Assembly: GCA_032250835.1 (NCBI GenBank)
Contig: JAVVEA010000015.1
Span: 1 to 64,000, forward strand
Direction of reading: 5' to 3'
DNA from: a bacterium
GTDB taxonomy: Bacteria; SAR324; XYD2-FULL-50-16
Length of the DNA: 64,000 bases
Below, one piece after another: positions 1 to 9,536 of this stretch. A program made the translations under genes and the position numbers. How positions within the stretch are numbered: position 1 is the first letter of the stretch; every line of letters begins with the position of its first letter. Below the pieces are notes generated by a model. It saw only the letters and a list, made by a program, of their open reading frames with translations, made no database searches and was not told the origin of the DNA.

Positions 1-170
1 CTGAAGATTGCTTAGAAAAAAAGATCAGGAAGATCGTCTAATCAAAAAGTTGTCTGGACAAGTGGGTCCACTATACTACCTATAGGGGGTTGGAATAGGG
101 CGGGGCCGCGGGATGGATTTGCGTATGGTGCCCTACGCCGTCTATCGGTTGGAGCTTTAACCCAACCTTT

Positions 171-467
171 TCAAACATCAATATCAATATGGGTCCTTCC
201 GGCGGCGTCCTGGCTCTTGCCTTTGCGTTTGGGGAGGTTGTCTTGGGCGTGTTTTTTGATGTGAGAGTAGCGTTCGTCTTCGGCTTGGGCTTCGTCGGCT
301 TCGTCTAGTTCGCGGACCTGGCGGGCTTCTTCTTGGCGGCGTAGTTCGGCGATGGCCGCTTGGGCTGCGGCGACGTTTTGGGGGTTGTTGTACTGTGCCT
401 CAACGGCCTTTTGTACATGGGTGATGTGCCCCAAAGTAACCTGAATGTTATGGATTTCCCCACTCAT
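171..467 (-). CDS. Small hypothetical protein (Gln/Ala/Glu-rich helix, C-terminal HIDIDV)
   Basis: ATG at 467 has an AAGGAG RBS and overlaps the stop of the upstream STAS gene (ATGA), suggesting translational coupling. Confidence 0.7.
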   Translation of the reverse strand: MSGEIHNIQVTLGHITHVQKAVEAQYNNPQNVAAAQAAIAELRRQEEARQVRELDEADEAQAEDERYSHIKKHAQDNLPKRKGKSQDAAGRTHIDIDV

Positions 468-808
468 AAGCACTCCTTCAACTGTTTTTGCGCCGCCGCC
501 ATGCCTTCGGCGATCGGGGGTAACATGCCCGTGATTTCAAAGAGTTTGCGTAGCTTTTTTGAGGGGTCCATCAGCACCAACCGACCGCCTGATTCTTTGA
601 CTAAATGATTCAACGCGCCTAGGCCCGCCCCGGTGACCACCTCGGTCTGGCCGAGATCCAACAAAAAGGCCTCAACGCCGCTTTTTTGCAGCGCCTTAAA
701 ATGCCCCACCAACCGCATGGCCCCCGCTTCGGCCAACTGAACCGGTAGCTTGAGCAGTGCCGCTCCAGGAAGGTTTTCTAAGCTGTTGATTTCGACGTCC
801 GGTTTCAT
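464..808 (-). CDS. STAS-domain protein (anti-sigma factor antagonist-like)
   Basis: 114 aa with the STAS pattern LLDLGQTEVVTGAGLGAL...GGRLVL...LRKLFEITGM. Confidence 0.75.
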   Translation of the reverse strand: MKPDVEINSLENLPGAALLKLPVQLAEAGAMRLVGHFKALQKSGVEAFLLDLGQTEVVTGAGLGALNHLVKESGGRLVLMDPSKKLRKLFEITGMLPPIAEGMAAAQKQLKECL

Positions 809-893
809 GGCTTGGGTGCGCTTGGCGCTTGTCAGTTATGGGCCCTATGTGAGAGAATGGTAGACCTAATTGAAGCTTATCCCCGGTAATTTT

Positions 894-2531
894 ATGACTT
901 CCCGAGCCAACCTCATTTCGCACTTTAAAGGGAAAAAACCCCTTCTTAATATTATCCTCGATGGCTACGGCCTTGGCAAGGGTGACGACACCGATGCGGT
1001 AGCCCAGGCGCACACGCCCTTTATGGACCAACTCCGGACCAAATACGCCAACAGCCAGTTGCTGACTCACGGTCCCCATGTGGGTCTGCCAACTTTGGAT
1101 AACCTAGGCGGGTCCGAGGTCGGCCATTTGACGCTAGGTGCCGGGATGTTGATCGATCAGGGGAGTACGCTGATCAAAAAATCCATCCAAAGTGGTGCCT
1201 TTTTTAAACTGCCTGTCTTGGTCGAGGCGCTCAATCAAGCCCAAGATCATGCCTTGCACCTTTTAGGCCTGCTTTCAGACGGCAATGTCCACAGCCATAT
1301 CGACCACTTCAAGGCGATCATCGAAGCCGCCGCCATCCAAGGCGTGCCCAGGCTTTATGTCCATGCCCTGCTCGATGGTCGGGACGTAGGGGTGCAGACC
1401 GCCGAAATTTATGCCCAAGCATTGCTCGACCTTTTTGCCCGCATCAAGGCGCAACACCCTGAGTATGACTACCGTTTTGCCTCGGCTGGGGGGCGTGAGG
1501 TGATCACCATGGACCGCGACAACAACTGGCCTAAGGTCCAGCGCGGTTGGGAATGCCATGTTCACGGCAACAGCGGCCAGCTCTTCGACGGAATTTTAGG
1601 GGCCATCGAACACTTCCGCACCGAAACCCCCGGCATCACCGACCAAGACCTTCCGCCCTTTAACCTCAAGGGCCAAGACGGCAAGCCGGTGGTGATCGAA
1701 GATGGGGACGTCGTGGTCAGCATGAACTTCCGGGGCGACCGGGCCATTGAGATTTCTCAAGCCTTTGATGTCGAAGATTTTAAGGGCTTTGACCGAGGCC
1801 GCCGCCCGAAGGTTTATTTTGCGGGCATGATGGTTTACGACGAGGATACGGACCTGCCCAAAAATAAAATCATCCAAGGGGCCGAAGTGCCCAACCCCTT
1901 CGGCAAGCGCCTTTTGGGTCTGGGCATTCGTCAATTCCGTTTGGCCGAAACCCAGAAGTATGCCCATGTGACTTTTTTCTTTAACGGCGGCTACCGTAAT
2001 CCGTTGGACGCCTCGATGGAAGAATATGTCTTGATCGAATCCGACAAGATCGACAGCTTCGCCAAGGCACCGAAGATGAAAGCCCCCGAAGTGGCCGACA
2101 AGGCGGTGGAATTGATCTTGTCCGGGCGCTTTGGTTACGGTTTGATCAACTTTGCCAATGCAGACATGGTCGGGCATACGGGCGACTTCGAGGCCGCCAA
2201 AATTGCGGTGGAGACGGTGGATCAGGCGCTAGAAAAAATTTGTTCTGCCCTCGCCCAGGTTGGTGGAGTGGCGGTGATCACCGCCGACCACGGCAACGCC
2301 GATGAGATGAAAGTGCTCAGCAAAAAGACGGGCCAAATGGAACACTCGGCCAAACATAGCCTCAACCCGGTTCCGGTGGTGCTTTTTGACCCAACTTATC
2401 AAGGCGAATATAAGCTGCGCGAGAATCAGGCGGAACATCCCAACAATCTCTCCATGATCGCGGCGACCAACTACTTCCTTTTGGGTCTGGAGCCGCCAGA
2501 AGATCTGGCCCCTTCCCTTTTTGAACTCTAG
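894..2531 (+). CDS. gpmI: 2,3-bisphosphoglycerate-independent phosphoglycerate mutase
   Basis: Motifs ILDGYG, SEVGH (catalytic Ser), LSDGNVHSH, DGRD, NFRGDRA, ETQKYAHVTFFFNG, NADMVGHTG, TADHGNA. ATG at 894 preferred over TTG at 870. Confidence 0.95.
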   Translation: MTSRANLISHFKGKKPLLNIILDGYGLGKGDDTDAVAQAHTPFMDQLRTKYANSQLLTHGPHVGLPTLDNLGGSEVGHLTLGAGMLIDQGSTLIKKSIQSGAFFKLPVLVEALNQAQDHALHLLGLLSDGNVHSHIDHFKAIIEAAAIQGVPRLYVHALLDGRDVGVQTAEIYAQALLDLFARIKAQHPEYDYRFASAGGREVITMDRDNNWPKVQRGWECHVHGNSGQLFDGILGAIEHFRTETPGITDQDLPPFNLKGQDGKPVVIEDGDVVVSMNFRGDRAIEISQAFDVEDFKGFDRGRRPKVYFAGMMVYDEDTDLPKNKIIQGAEVPNPFGKRLLGLGIRQFRLAETQKYAHVTFFFNGGYRNPLDASMEEYVLIESDKIDSFAKAPKMKAPEVADKAVELILSGRFGYGLINFANADMVGHTGDFEAAKIAVETVDQALEKICSALAQVGGVAVITADHGNADEMKVLSKKTGQMEHSAKHSLNPVPVVLFDPTYQGEYKLRENQAEHPNNLSMIAATNYFLLGLEPPEDLAPSLFEL

Positions 2532-2542
2532 CCATAAAAAAC

Positions 2543-3586
2543 ATGCTCAGTTTCACCCTAGGCGAAATTGCCGCTCAATTAGGTGCCCATGTTGTGGGCG
2601 ATGCCAACGTTAAGATCACCGGTCTTTCGGGGATTGCTGAAGCCAAGGCCGGTGACATCACCTTCTTGGCCCACCCGAAGTATAAATCCCAGGTGGAAAG
2701 TAGCCAAGCTACGGCTATTATGGTGGGACCGGACGTTGAGATCGAAGGCCGTAACGTGATCCAGGTGGAAAACCCACGCCTTGCCTTCGCTCGTTTGATG
2801 TGGATTGCTTTCCCGCGCAAACAAGAAGTGCCGGGCATCCGGCCCCAGGCCATCGTGGGTGAAGGAGCCCAGGTCGCCGGCAGCGCCACCATCTACGACG
2901 GAGCTCATGTAGGGCCCAAGGCCAAGATCGGCGAGCGCTCGGTGATCTATCCGGGTTGTTATGTCGGCGAAGGGGTAGAGATCGGTGAAGATTGTCTGAT
3001 CTATGCGAATGTTGCGGTTTTAGAAGGCACCAAGATCGGGAACCGCGTGGTGGTTAGTTCGGGCACGGTGATCGGTTCTGAAGGCTTTGGTTATGAACGC
3101 GACGGGGACCGGCATTATAAAATCCCCCAAGTTGGCGGGGTGATCATCGAGGACGATGTCGAAATCGGCGCGCTCTGCGCCATCGACAAAGGTTCGATCC
3201 GGGCCACTATTTTGGGCCAGGGAACCAAACTAGACAACCTCATCCATATTGCCCACAACTGCGTCTTGGGCGAGAACAACTTGGTCTTGTCTCAAGCGGG
3301 CTTGGCTGGATCGGTCAAGACCGGGCAGAACGTCTATTTTGCCGGGCAGACAGGTTGCATGGACCATATGAAAATCGTGGATTTCGCCCAAATCGGTGGC
3401 CGTGCTGTGGTCACCAACGACATCACCGAAGCAGGCCTTTACTTTGGCTATCCCGCCCGGCCCCATGCCGAATGGCAAAAAGCCTCGGTGACCTTTTACA
3501 AAACGCCAGAAATGAACAAACGCATCGCTGAACTAGAGCGCAAGGTAGAGCAGTTGAGTGCGAAGTTAGAAGGCAAAGAAGGTTAA
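2543..3586 (+). CDS. lpxD: UDP-3-O-acylglucosamine N-acyltransferase
   Basis: Hexapeptide repeats plus IGSEGFGY, KIPQVGGVIIEDDVEIGA and TKLDNLIHIAHN. Confidence 0.95.
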   Translation: MLSFTLGEIAAQLGAHVVGDANVKITGLSGIAEAKAGDITFLAHPKYKSQVESSQATAIMVGPDVEIEGRNVIQVENPRLAFARLMWIAFPRKQEVPGIRPQAIVGEGAQVAGSATIYDGAHVGPKAKIGERSVIYPGCYVGEGVEIGEDCLIYANVAVLEGTKIGNRVVVSSGTVIGSEGFGYERDGDRHYKIPQVGGVIIEDDVEIGALCAIDKGSIRATILGQGTKLDNLIHIAHNCVLGENNLVLSQAGLAGSVKTGQNVYFAGQTGCMDHMKIVDFAQIGGRAVVTNDITEAGLYFGYPARPHAEWQKASVTFYKTPEMNKRIAELERKVEQLSAKLEGKEG

Positions 3587-4290
3587 TGGAAGCCGCGGTA
3601 TTGAAGCTGCTTCAAGAGGCGCTGGGCCATGATTTTGACGATCCAGTCTGGCTGGAAACGGCATTAACCCATAAATCCTACGCCCACGAGCACCAATGCG
3701 CCGATAACGAGCGTTTTGAGTTTTTGGGAGATGCGATTTTGCAATTCCTGATCAGCCAAATCCTCTTTGATAGCTACCCAGACCTTTCCGAAGGAATGCT
3801 CTCTAAGTTCCGCGCCGCCTTGGTTTCTGAAGAAGGGCTGGCTAAAATAGCACGCCGTATCGATTTAGGAATGTTTTTGCGGCTCGGCCGGGGCGAAGAT
3901 GCCAACGGGGGACGCGACAAACGCAGCATTTTAGCCGATGCCGTTGAAGCAGTGATCGCCGCCTGTTATCTGGACAGCCGGCAGGCTGATGGGCCCCAGG
4001 CGGCCCGCCGCTTGGTCCGCCGTCTTTTTGACCCCGAAGTCGAAGCGGTAGAAGAACGATTTGAGCGGATCGACCATAAAACAGACCTGCAAGAGCGGGT
4101 TCAGCGGGACAGACTAGGAGAAATCCTCTATCAAGTACGGGAAGAAAAGGGACCAGACCACGATAAAGAGTTTTTGGTAGAGGTCTTGGTTGGTCAAGAA
4201 AAGCTGGGTGAAGCCTGGGGCACCAGCAAGAAACGGGCAGAACAGAAAGCCGCCGTGATGGCGTTAAAAACCCTTAAGGAAAGAGAATGA
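3586..4290 (+). CDS. rnc: Ribonuclease III
   Basis: ALTHKS, NERFEFLGDAIL signature, ILADAVEA and a C-terminal dsRBD (GPDHDKEF, SKKRAEQKAA). Confidence 0.95.
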   Translation: MEAAVLKLLQEALGHDFDDPVWLETALTHKSYAHEHQCADNERFEFLGDAILQFLISQILFDSYPDLSEGMLSKFRAALVSEEGLAKIARRIDLGMFLRLGRGEDANGGRDKRSILADAVEAVIAACYLDSRQADGPQAARRLVRRLFDPEVEAVEERFERIDHKTDLQERVQRDRLGEILYQVREEKGPDHDKEFLVEVLVGQEKLGEAWGTSKKRAEQKAAVMALKTLKERE

Positions 4291-5018
4291 GCGAACGCTT
4301 GCAAAAGGTTATCGCCTCGGCGGGCATCGCCAGCCGTAGGGCTGCCGAACGGATGATCCGCGCTGGTGAAGTAACGGTCAACGGCGAATTGGTGACCGAG
4401 ATGGGCACCAAAGTCGACTTGGACCGGGATCATGTAGAAATTGGCGGTCGGCCTGTGCGCCCCAACCGCCACCGGGCCCGCTTGGTTTATGCGCTCTACA
4501 AGCCCCGGTCGGTGGTCACCACGCTACACGACCCCGAAGGGCGTGACACCATCGTACAATACTTCCCGCGAGTCAAAGAACGCCTCTTTCCGGTCGGGCG
4601 TTTGGATTACGACGCCGAAGGCTTGCTGCTCTTGACTAACGACGGAGAACTAGCCAACCAGTTGATGCACCCTTCGAAACATGTTTGGAAGGAATATTTG
4701 GTTAAGTTAAAGGGCCGTATCCCTTTAGGGCTGCTCAAACAACTCGAGTCCGGCCCGGTCATTGATGGCCGCAAGCGCCAACCGGTGAAGATACGTTTCT
4801 TGCATTACAAAAACGAAAAAACCTGGCTTTCCGTTTCTTTGCAGGAAGGGCTAAAGCACCACCTGAAAAAAATGTTTTTCGAAGTGGGCTTTTCGGTTGA
4901 AAAGATTAAACGATATAGCGTCGGCAACGTGGAACTCCAGGATATGCGCCCCGGACAATGCCGTTTGCTCGAAACTGACGAAATAAAACAGTTGTTGGAG
5001 CTCAGTTCCCCCTCATGA
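4287..5018 (+). CDS. rluB: rRNA pseudouridine synthase, RluB/RsuA family
   Basis: S4 domain ERLQKVIASAGIASRRAAE and catalytic PVGRLDYDAEGLLLLTNDG. Confidence 0.85.
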   Translation: MSERLQKVIASAGIASRRAAERMIRAGEVTVNGELVTEMGTKVDLDRDHVEIGGRPVRPNRHRARLVYALYKPRSVVTTLHDPEGRDTIVQYFPRVKERLFPVGRLDYDAEGLLLLTNDGELANQLMHPSKHVWKEYLVKLKGRIPLGLLKQLESGPVIDGRKRQPVKIRFLHYKNEKTWLSVSLQEGLKHHLKKMFFEVGFSVEKIKRYSVGNVELQDMRPGQCRLLETDEIKQLLELSSPS

Positions 5019-5572
5019 GGCTTGTTACCTTTCTAACTTTGTTGATGCTCTGTTTGGCCCCACGCCCGGCGAAAGCCGAATACCGGGCCTATCTGTTGGA
5101 AGTGTACGACCAGATCATGGGCAAGCAGTGGGAAGCGGCTACGGGCTTTGCCCCGGACCTCTATATCAACACCCACGGCGGCGGGAACCGACTTTCGGCA
5201 ATCATCAAAGCCACCTGGATGTGTTATGGGGACCTGTCTCGCTACCAGCCAGTTTGCCGGATGCCGCCCCCGAAAGACCCCAAGATCGAAGTGGGAGATG
5301 AAGTGGAGATCCGCTTAGAAAAACACATGACCCTGGGTTGGAAAGGCGTGGTTGAGTTAGGGCTTTGGCGTGAAGACCTAAAATCCAATGTCTATGGCGT
5401 GCGCTTTGGCGACCGCAAGAACATGTATGGCCGGTATTTTGAGTTTGACGTGAAATTGGTCAAAAAGAAAGACGCCGCTGTAGAGGTGCAACGGGACGGT
5501 GAAGCCAGCCCCCCGGATGCCGCTGTTGCGGGCGCACCCGAGACCTTACCGGCTGTAGCCCCACCTCAATAG
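5015..5572 (+). CDS. Hypothetical secreted protein
   Basis: Signal peptide ending in AKA; overlaps the rluB stop; Cys pair (TWMC...VC); beta-rich C-terminal domain and Pro/Ala tail. Confidence 0.7.
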   Translation: MRLVTFLTLLMLCLAPRPAKAEYRAYLLEVYDQIMGKQWEAATGFAPDLYINTHGGGNRLSAIIKATWMCYGDLSRYQPVCRMPPPKDPKIEVGDEVEIRLEKHMTLGWKGVVELGLWREDLKSNVYGVRFGDRKNMYGRYFEFDVKLVKKKDAAVEVQRDGEASPPDAAVAGAPETLPAVAPPQ

Positions 5573-5578
5573 GAATCC

Positions 5579-6295
5579 ATGAGCTTTGAAATCCCTCAGG
5601 GACAAGAAAAATACGACTACGTTCAGTCTAAATTCACCGAGATCGCCCAAAAGTACGACGTCTTCAACGACCTCATCACCCAAGGCTTCCACCGCTATTG
5701 GAAAAACTACGTTTGCGCTCAGGCGGCTCTTAAGCCCGGTGACCAAGCGCTGGATATTTGCTGTGGGACTGGCGACATCACCGAACGGCTGGGTCAGGCG
5801 GTGGGCCCGCAAGGGAAGGTGGTGGGATTGGATTTTAGCTTCGGCATGTTGCAGGTAGCCAAGTCTCGCGACCTGAAGTCGCAGCGCGTTTACCTACAAG
5901 GCGACGCCATGAAACTACCGATCGCTAGCGAAAAATTTGACGCCGTGACCGTGGGTTTTGGTTTGCGGAACTTGGTGCGGATCGAAGATTGTATGGCCGA
6001 GGTTTTGCGGGTGCTCAAGCCCGGCGGGCGCTTTGTGGTGCTGGATATGGGTAAGGTCAAGATTCCGGTGGCTAAGCAGGTCTTCCGCGCCTACTTCCAT
6101 TCGGTGGTGCCGCTGGTTGGCAAATTTTTGTACCCTGGCCAGGATATGTTTGACTACTTCCCCGCATCTGCCGAGAACTACCCCTCACAGGAAAAATTAG
6201 GTGAGATGTTACAGGGCCAAGGTTTTGAGCAGGTCCGCTTCAAAAATTTCCACCTCGGTAGCACTAGCGTGCATGTGGCGTTTAAGCCTGCTTAG
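5579..6295 (+). CDS. ubiE: Demethylmenaquinone/ubiquinone methyltransferase (UbiE/MenG)
   Basis: IAQKYDVFND, HRYWK, SAM motif LDICCGTGD, GDAMKLP, GFGLRN, RVLKPGG. Confidence 0.9.
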   Translation: MSFEIPQGQEKYDYVQSKFTEIAQKYDVFNDLITQGFHRYWKNYVCAQAALKPGDQALDICCGTGDITERLGQAVGPQGKVVGLDFSFGMLQVAKSRDLKSQRVYLQGDAMKLPIASEKFDAVTVGFGLRNLVRIEDCMAEVLRVLKPGGRFVVLDMGKVKIPVAKQVFRAYFHSVVPLVGKFLYPGQDMFDYFPASAENYPSQEKLGEMLQGQGFEQVRFKNFHLGSTSVHVAFKPA

Positions 6296-7143
6296 CGGGT
6301 CCGGCTGTATTGGGGCAACTCACAGAGTAGCGTAAAGCCCAGGGAATTTAAAATCGGGATCGCCGGAGAACTGGGCAAGGTTTCCACCAGAGCCAAATCA
6401 CTGCCCCAGTCTCGCGCCATTTCTAGGCGGATTCTTAAAAGGTCCGAAAAATAACCCTCACCTCGCTTTTCCAGCAGCACCGCTGCCGAAAACAAAATAG
6501 CCGTCCTTCCTCTTAAAAATAGAGCCGCACCGCCAATGGGTCGACCCTCTTCTAAGGCCATATAAAGCTTTACCGAAGGCATCTGGGTATAGGCGGCAAA
6601 GGTCTGCGGCGCATTCCATCCAATCGGCTGGCCGTATGCTTGGTCCATCACCTGAGCCCAGAGTTTCCCTTGCTCGGGGGAAATTTCAACAATGGTGCGT
6701 TTGGCGGAGAAATCAACGCTCCCTGAGGTGTCTTCTAAAGGCAGTGCCCAAATCAGGCGCGGGGCTTTGGCGTAATATTTTTTGGATTCTAGCAGGTCGG
6801 CAATGTTCTCGTCGCCCCGCGGCGACATTTCGACCTCGAAGGGGCAAAGTTTGGGCCAGTAGAAGGACTCACTGCGCGCTAAATCCTCGATGGGGTCGCC
6901 GCTTCCACCGAAGCCATAGACGCGGTTAAAAGGAGAGTCTTTACCGCCGTAAACAGCCAATCCACCAGCAATCGAAAGAAACCCAGCCGCGGCCTCGGGG
7001 TCGGTCTCGTTGCGGGTCTTGGCAAATTCCATCGCCAGAGCCATCCGGGCTTCTTCAGAGGTCCTTGACAGGGCGGGAAAACCGGCTAAAGGGCTGGGGC
7101 GGTTGCGGCGGTTACCTTCTTTGTTTTGAGATTGCATAGTCAA
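6292..7143 (-). CDS. GNAT-family acetyltransferase
   Basis: C-terminal GNAT pattern AAVLLEKRGEGY...RLEMARDWG...LGF; start codon uncertain. Confidence 0.7.
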   Translation of the reverse strand: MTMQSQNKEGNRRNRPSPLAGFPALSRTSEEARMALAMEFAKTRNETDPEAAAGFLSIAGGLAVYGGKDSPFNRVYGFGGSGDPIEDLARSESFYWPKLCPFEVEMSPRGDENIADLLESKKYYAKAPRLIWALPLEDTSGSVDFSAKRTIVEISPEQGKLWAQVMDQAYGQPIGWNAPQTFAAYTQMPSVKLYMALEEGRPIGGAALFLRGRTAILFSAAVLLEKRGEGYFSDLLRIRLEMARDWGSDLALVETLPSSPAIPILNSLGFTLLCELPQYSRTR

Positions 7144-7616
7144 TCCTGTGGCGTCAGGCTATCGCTGGTCAAATAACTATCGAAGCAGGAGCCGGTGGTA
7201 CGGCAAACCCTAAATTCGAAGTAATCCGTGTAGGCGTCACGGGAACGAAACAACGCCAAGGGTCGAGGAACGCCACGAGGGGCTTCGGCAAGATCCCGGC
7301 AATTTCCCGTAAAGCTACCCTGGTAAAATTGCAATTCCCAGTACGAATCCACCCGCTGGCGGAAGGCACGCAAGAAGCTGTCGTTACCGGAGATGGGTTT
7401 AAAGGTGCCCAAACACTGGGTCTCGCCTTGTTTGAGGTAAACCAGCAGCTTACCCGAGCGGTTCTCAATCAGCAGGTCCATGGGCGGGGCGGGTGCCTCG
7501 TTTAGCTCTCGCGCTTTGCCAGCATAGACTCTACCCTGATCGGGGATGACCGGTTGCTTAAGGTGACAAGCGGTCAAGACCAGCAGAAACACCGTTAATA
7601 AAACCAAGCGGAGCAT
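7140..7616 (-). CDS. Hypothetical lipoprotein
   Basis: ATG at 7616 gives MLRLVLLTVFLLVLTAC, a lipobox LTA-C. Confidence 0.65.
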   Translation of the reverse strand: MLRLVLLTVFLLVLTACHLKQPVIPDQGRVYAGKARELNEAPAPPMDLLIENRSGKLLVYLKQGETQCLGTFKPISGNDSFLRAFRQRVDSYWELQFYQGSFTGNCRDLAEAPRGVPRPLALFRSRDAYTDYFEFRVCRTTGSCFDSYLTSDSLTPQD

Positions 7617-7624
7617 AGGACCCC

Positions 7625-9367
7625 TTAGGCGTTCATTTGGCGTTCCTTTTCCTTTTCGAACTGCTTCATCTTTTCTTCGTGTTCGACCATCTTCTCCCAT
7701 CGAGCCACGAGATCATGCAACTCGTTGGTCTTTTTAAGGCCCTTATAGAGAGCCGCCAACTGAAGGAAAACACTTTTATCTACTTTCTTGCGTAGCGCCG
7801 ACTCGTATGCTTGGATGGCTTTGAGGTAGTTTTTCTTGGCCATCCAGGCTTTGGCTTCGGAAATCAGCTTTTGCCGCTCGACCTCAACCTCTTTGTCTTT
7901 TTCAGCCTTTAAGAGCCCGTTGTATTCTTCAAGCAGCTTCTCTTCTTCGTCATGTTGCTTCAACTGCCCGAAAACAATCGCGGCGGTTTTCACCGTTTCG
8001 GGCAGGCGCAATACGTTTAGTGCCTTGCGGAAGTAGTCTGAAGCGGGCTTAAATTTGCGGTCTTCTAAAAGGCTGGCGCCTTTTTCGAAGTAGTAATCAT
8101 GGATTTCTTTGAGTTTCTCGTCGGCGGCGCTGGAGTTGGGCTCAAGGTCCTTTAGGGTACGGAAGGCCGATACGGCATCGTCGTACTTTTTCATTTGGAT
8201 ATAGAGCGTACCCAATCGCTCCCAAAGCTTGGGGTCTGGGATTTCGCTAGAAGCGATTTGGTAAAAGTTGAGCGCCTTTTTAAAAGACCCGTTGTCGTAG
8301 GCGTCATGGGCCATGCGGACCAATTCTTTCATCGAATAGATCCCGCCCGACTTCTCTAGCAGTGCCGCCGTTTTGATCAGGTACTTGGCCATCACAAAAC
8401 GTTTCCCCTGGCGCTTGTACATCAACCCCAGGTTGACGTTGTAGAGGCGGTTGAATTCGTTTTCGCCGAGCAGACGGTTGAGCAGCGTTATGGCACCTTC
8501 AAGGTCGTTGCGCTTGGCTAAGACGATGGCCTTGAGTAGGTCGACATATTCAAAGTCGCTGACCGAAATCCGGGTCAACGCTTCGTCCACCTCGCCGAGT
8601 TTATCTTCCATCAAGGCATAGACCGCCAAGTTGTAGATATGGTCTTTGGCGTTGGCGGCGTCTTCTTCTACTAAGCGCTTAAATTCGTCGATCAGGTCTT
8701 CGGGCTGCGCTGCTTTGGGGGCTTCTTTGATTTTGCGGATTTCGAAGTCTAAATCTTTGGCCTCTACTGCAAAGCCCTGGGACTCTTTTTGTTCTTTTAA
8801 TAGCTCTAATTCTTGTAGCCTTTCGGTCCGCGCGGCCTCTTTCTCTTCGGTGATTCGCTGGGTCATGGTTTCGACCAGCTTGGAAGCACCGACAAAATCC
8901 GGGTAAATGTAGTCGTCGATGCCGTCAAACATCGATAAAGCCGACTGAACCGCATCGTCATATTTGTCAACCCGCGCCATCGAAGCAGCTAGGTTGTAAA
9001 AGGCGGGCTGGTAGTCTTTTTTGGCTTTTAAGGCGAGCTTGTAAAGGGATTCGGCCTGAGGGTAGTTTTTTAGTTCCCGCGCGAAGTTGCCTAGTTTGTT
9101 GGCCAATTCGTAATCGCCGTGGTTCCCCTTGATCAGGTTCATGCCCAGCGAAAGAGCGGCCTCGATTTGTCCCGTGGCGGCGGCTTCGTCTAACTCTTTT
9201 TTGATGCGCGGATAGACTTCGTCCTTGTTGAGCGCCATGGCCTTATCGAATTCGATCATGGCCCGGTTGAAGAAATTTTCGCGAAGGTTCTTTAGCCCTT
9301 CGGTCATATGCTCTTCAACTTTTTCTCGGATTTTGTCTTCGCTGCTCTTTAAGAGGCCCTTCAGCAT
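7625..9367 (-). CDS. Tetratricopeptide repeat protein
   Basis: Many TPR-like helical repeats (e.g. LWERLGTLYIQMKKYDDAVSAFRTLKDLEP); GGAG RBS; no signal peptide. Confidence 0.85.
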   Translation of the reverse strand: MLKGLLKSSEDKIREKVEEHMTEGLKNLRENFFNRAMIEFDKAMALNKDEVYPRIKKELDEAAATGQIEAALSLGMNLIKGNHGDYELANKLGNFARELKNYPQAESLYKLALKAKKDYQPAFYNLAASMARVDKYDDAVQSALSMFDGIDDYIYPDFVGASKLVETMTQRITEEKEAARTERLQELELLKEQKESQGFAVEAKDLDFEIRKIKEAPKAAQPEDLIDEFKRLVEEDAANAKDHIYNLAVYALMEDKLGEVDEALTRISVSDFEYVDLLKAIVLAKRNDLEGAITLLNRLLGENEFNRLYNVNLGLMYKRQGKRFVMAKYLIKTAALLEKSGGIYSMKELVRMAHDAYDNGSFKKALNFYQIASSEIPDPKLWERLGTLYIQMKKYDDAVSAFRTLKDLEPNSSAADEKLKEIHDYYFEKGASLLEDRKFKPASDYFRKALNVLRLPETVKTAAIVFGQLKQHDEEEKLLEEYNGLLKAEKDKEVEVERQKLISEAKAWMAKKNYLKAIQAYESALRKKVDKSVFLQLAALYKGLKKTNELHDLVARWEKMVEHEEKMKQFEKEKERQMNA

Positions 9368-9428
9368 ATATACTCCGCCCTCGGAACGCGCACGTGGGGA
9401 ACAATAAGTCGAATGAGAGAACTAACAG

Positions 9429-9516
9429 TTTTACCTAAATTTGACCAGACAAAAGCGTTAAGCCCTTCGGAGCCGAAATGCCCTGACCGTTAATGCTAGG
9501 TCAAATTTGGACAAAA
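9429..9516. repeat. Nested inverted repeat / long intergenic hairpin
   Basis: TTTTACCTAAATTTGACC (9429-9446) pairs with GGTCAAATTTGGACAAAA (9499-9516); inner AGCGTTAA (9454-9461) pairs with TTAATGCT (9490-9497). Confidence 0.55.
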
Positions 9517-9536
9517 TTCAAGAGAGGTCTAGATTT

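Noticed and set aside
1100-1127. GpmI motif GGSEVGH instead of GNSEVGH
   Set aside because: The catalytic Ser and metal-ligand motifs are present, so this is probably a tolerated variant.
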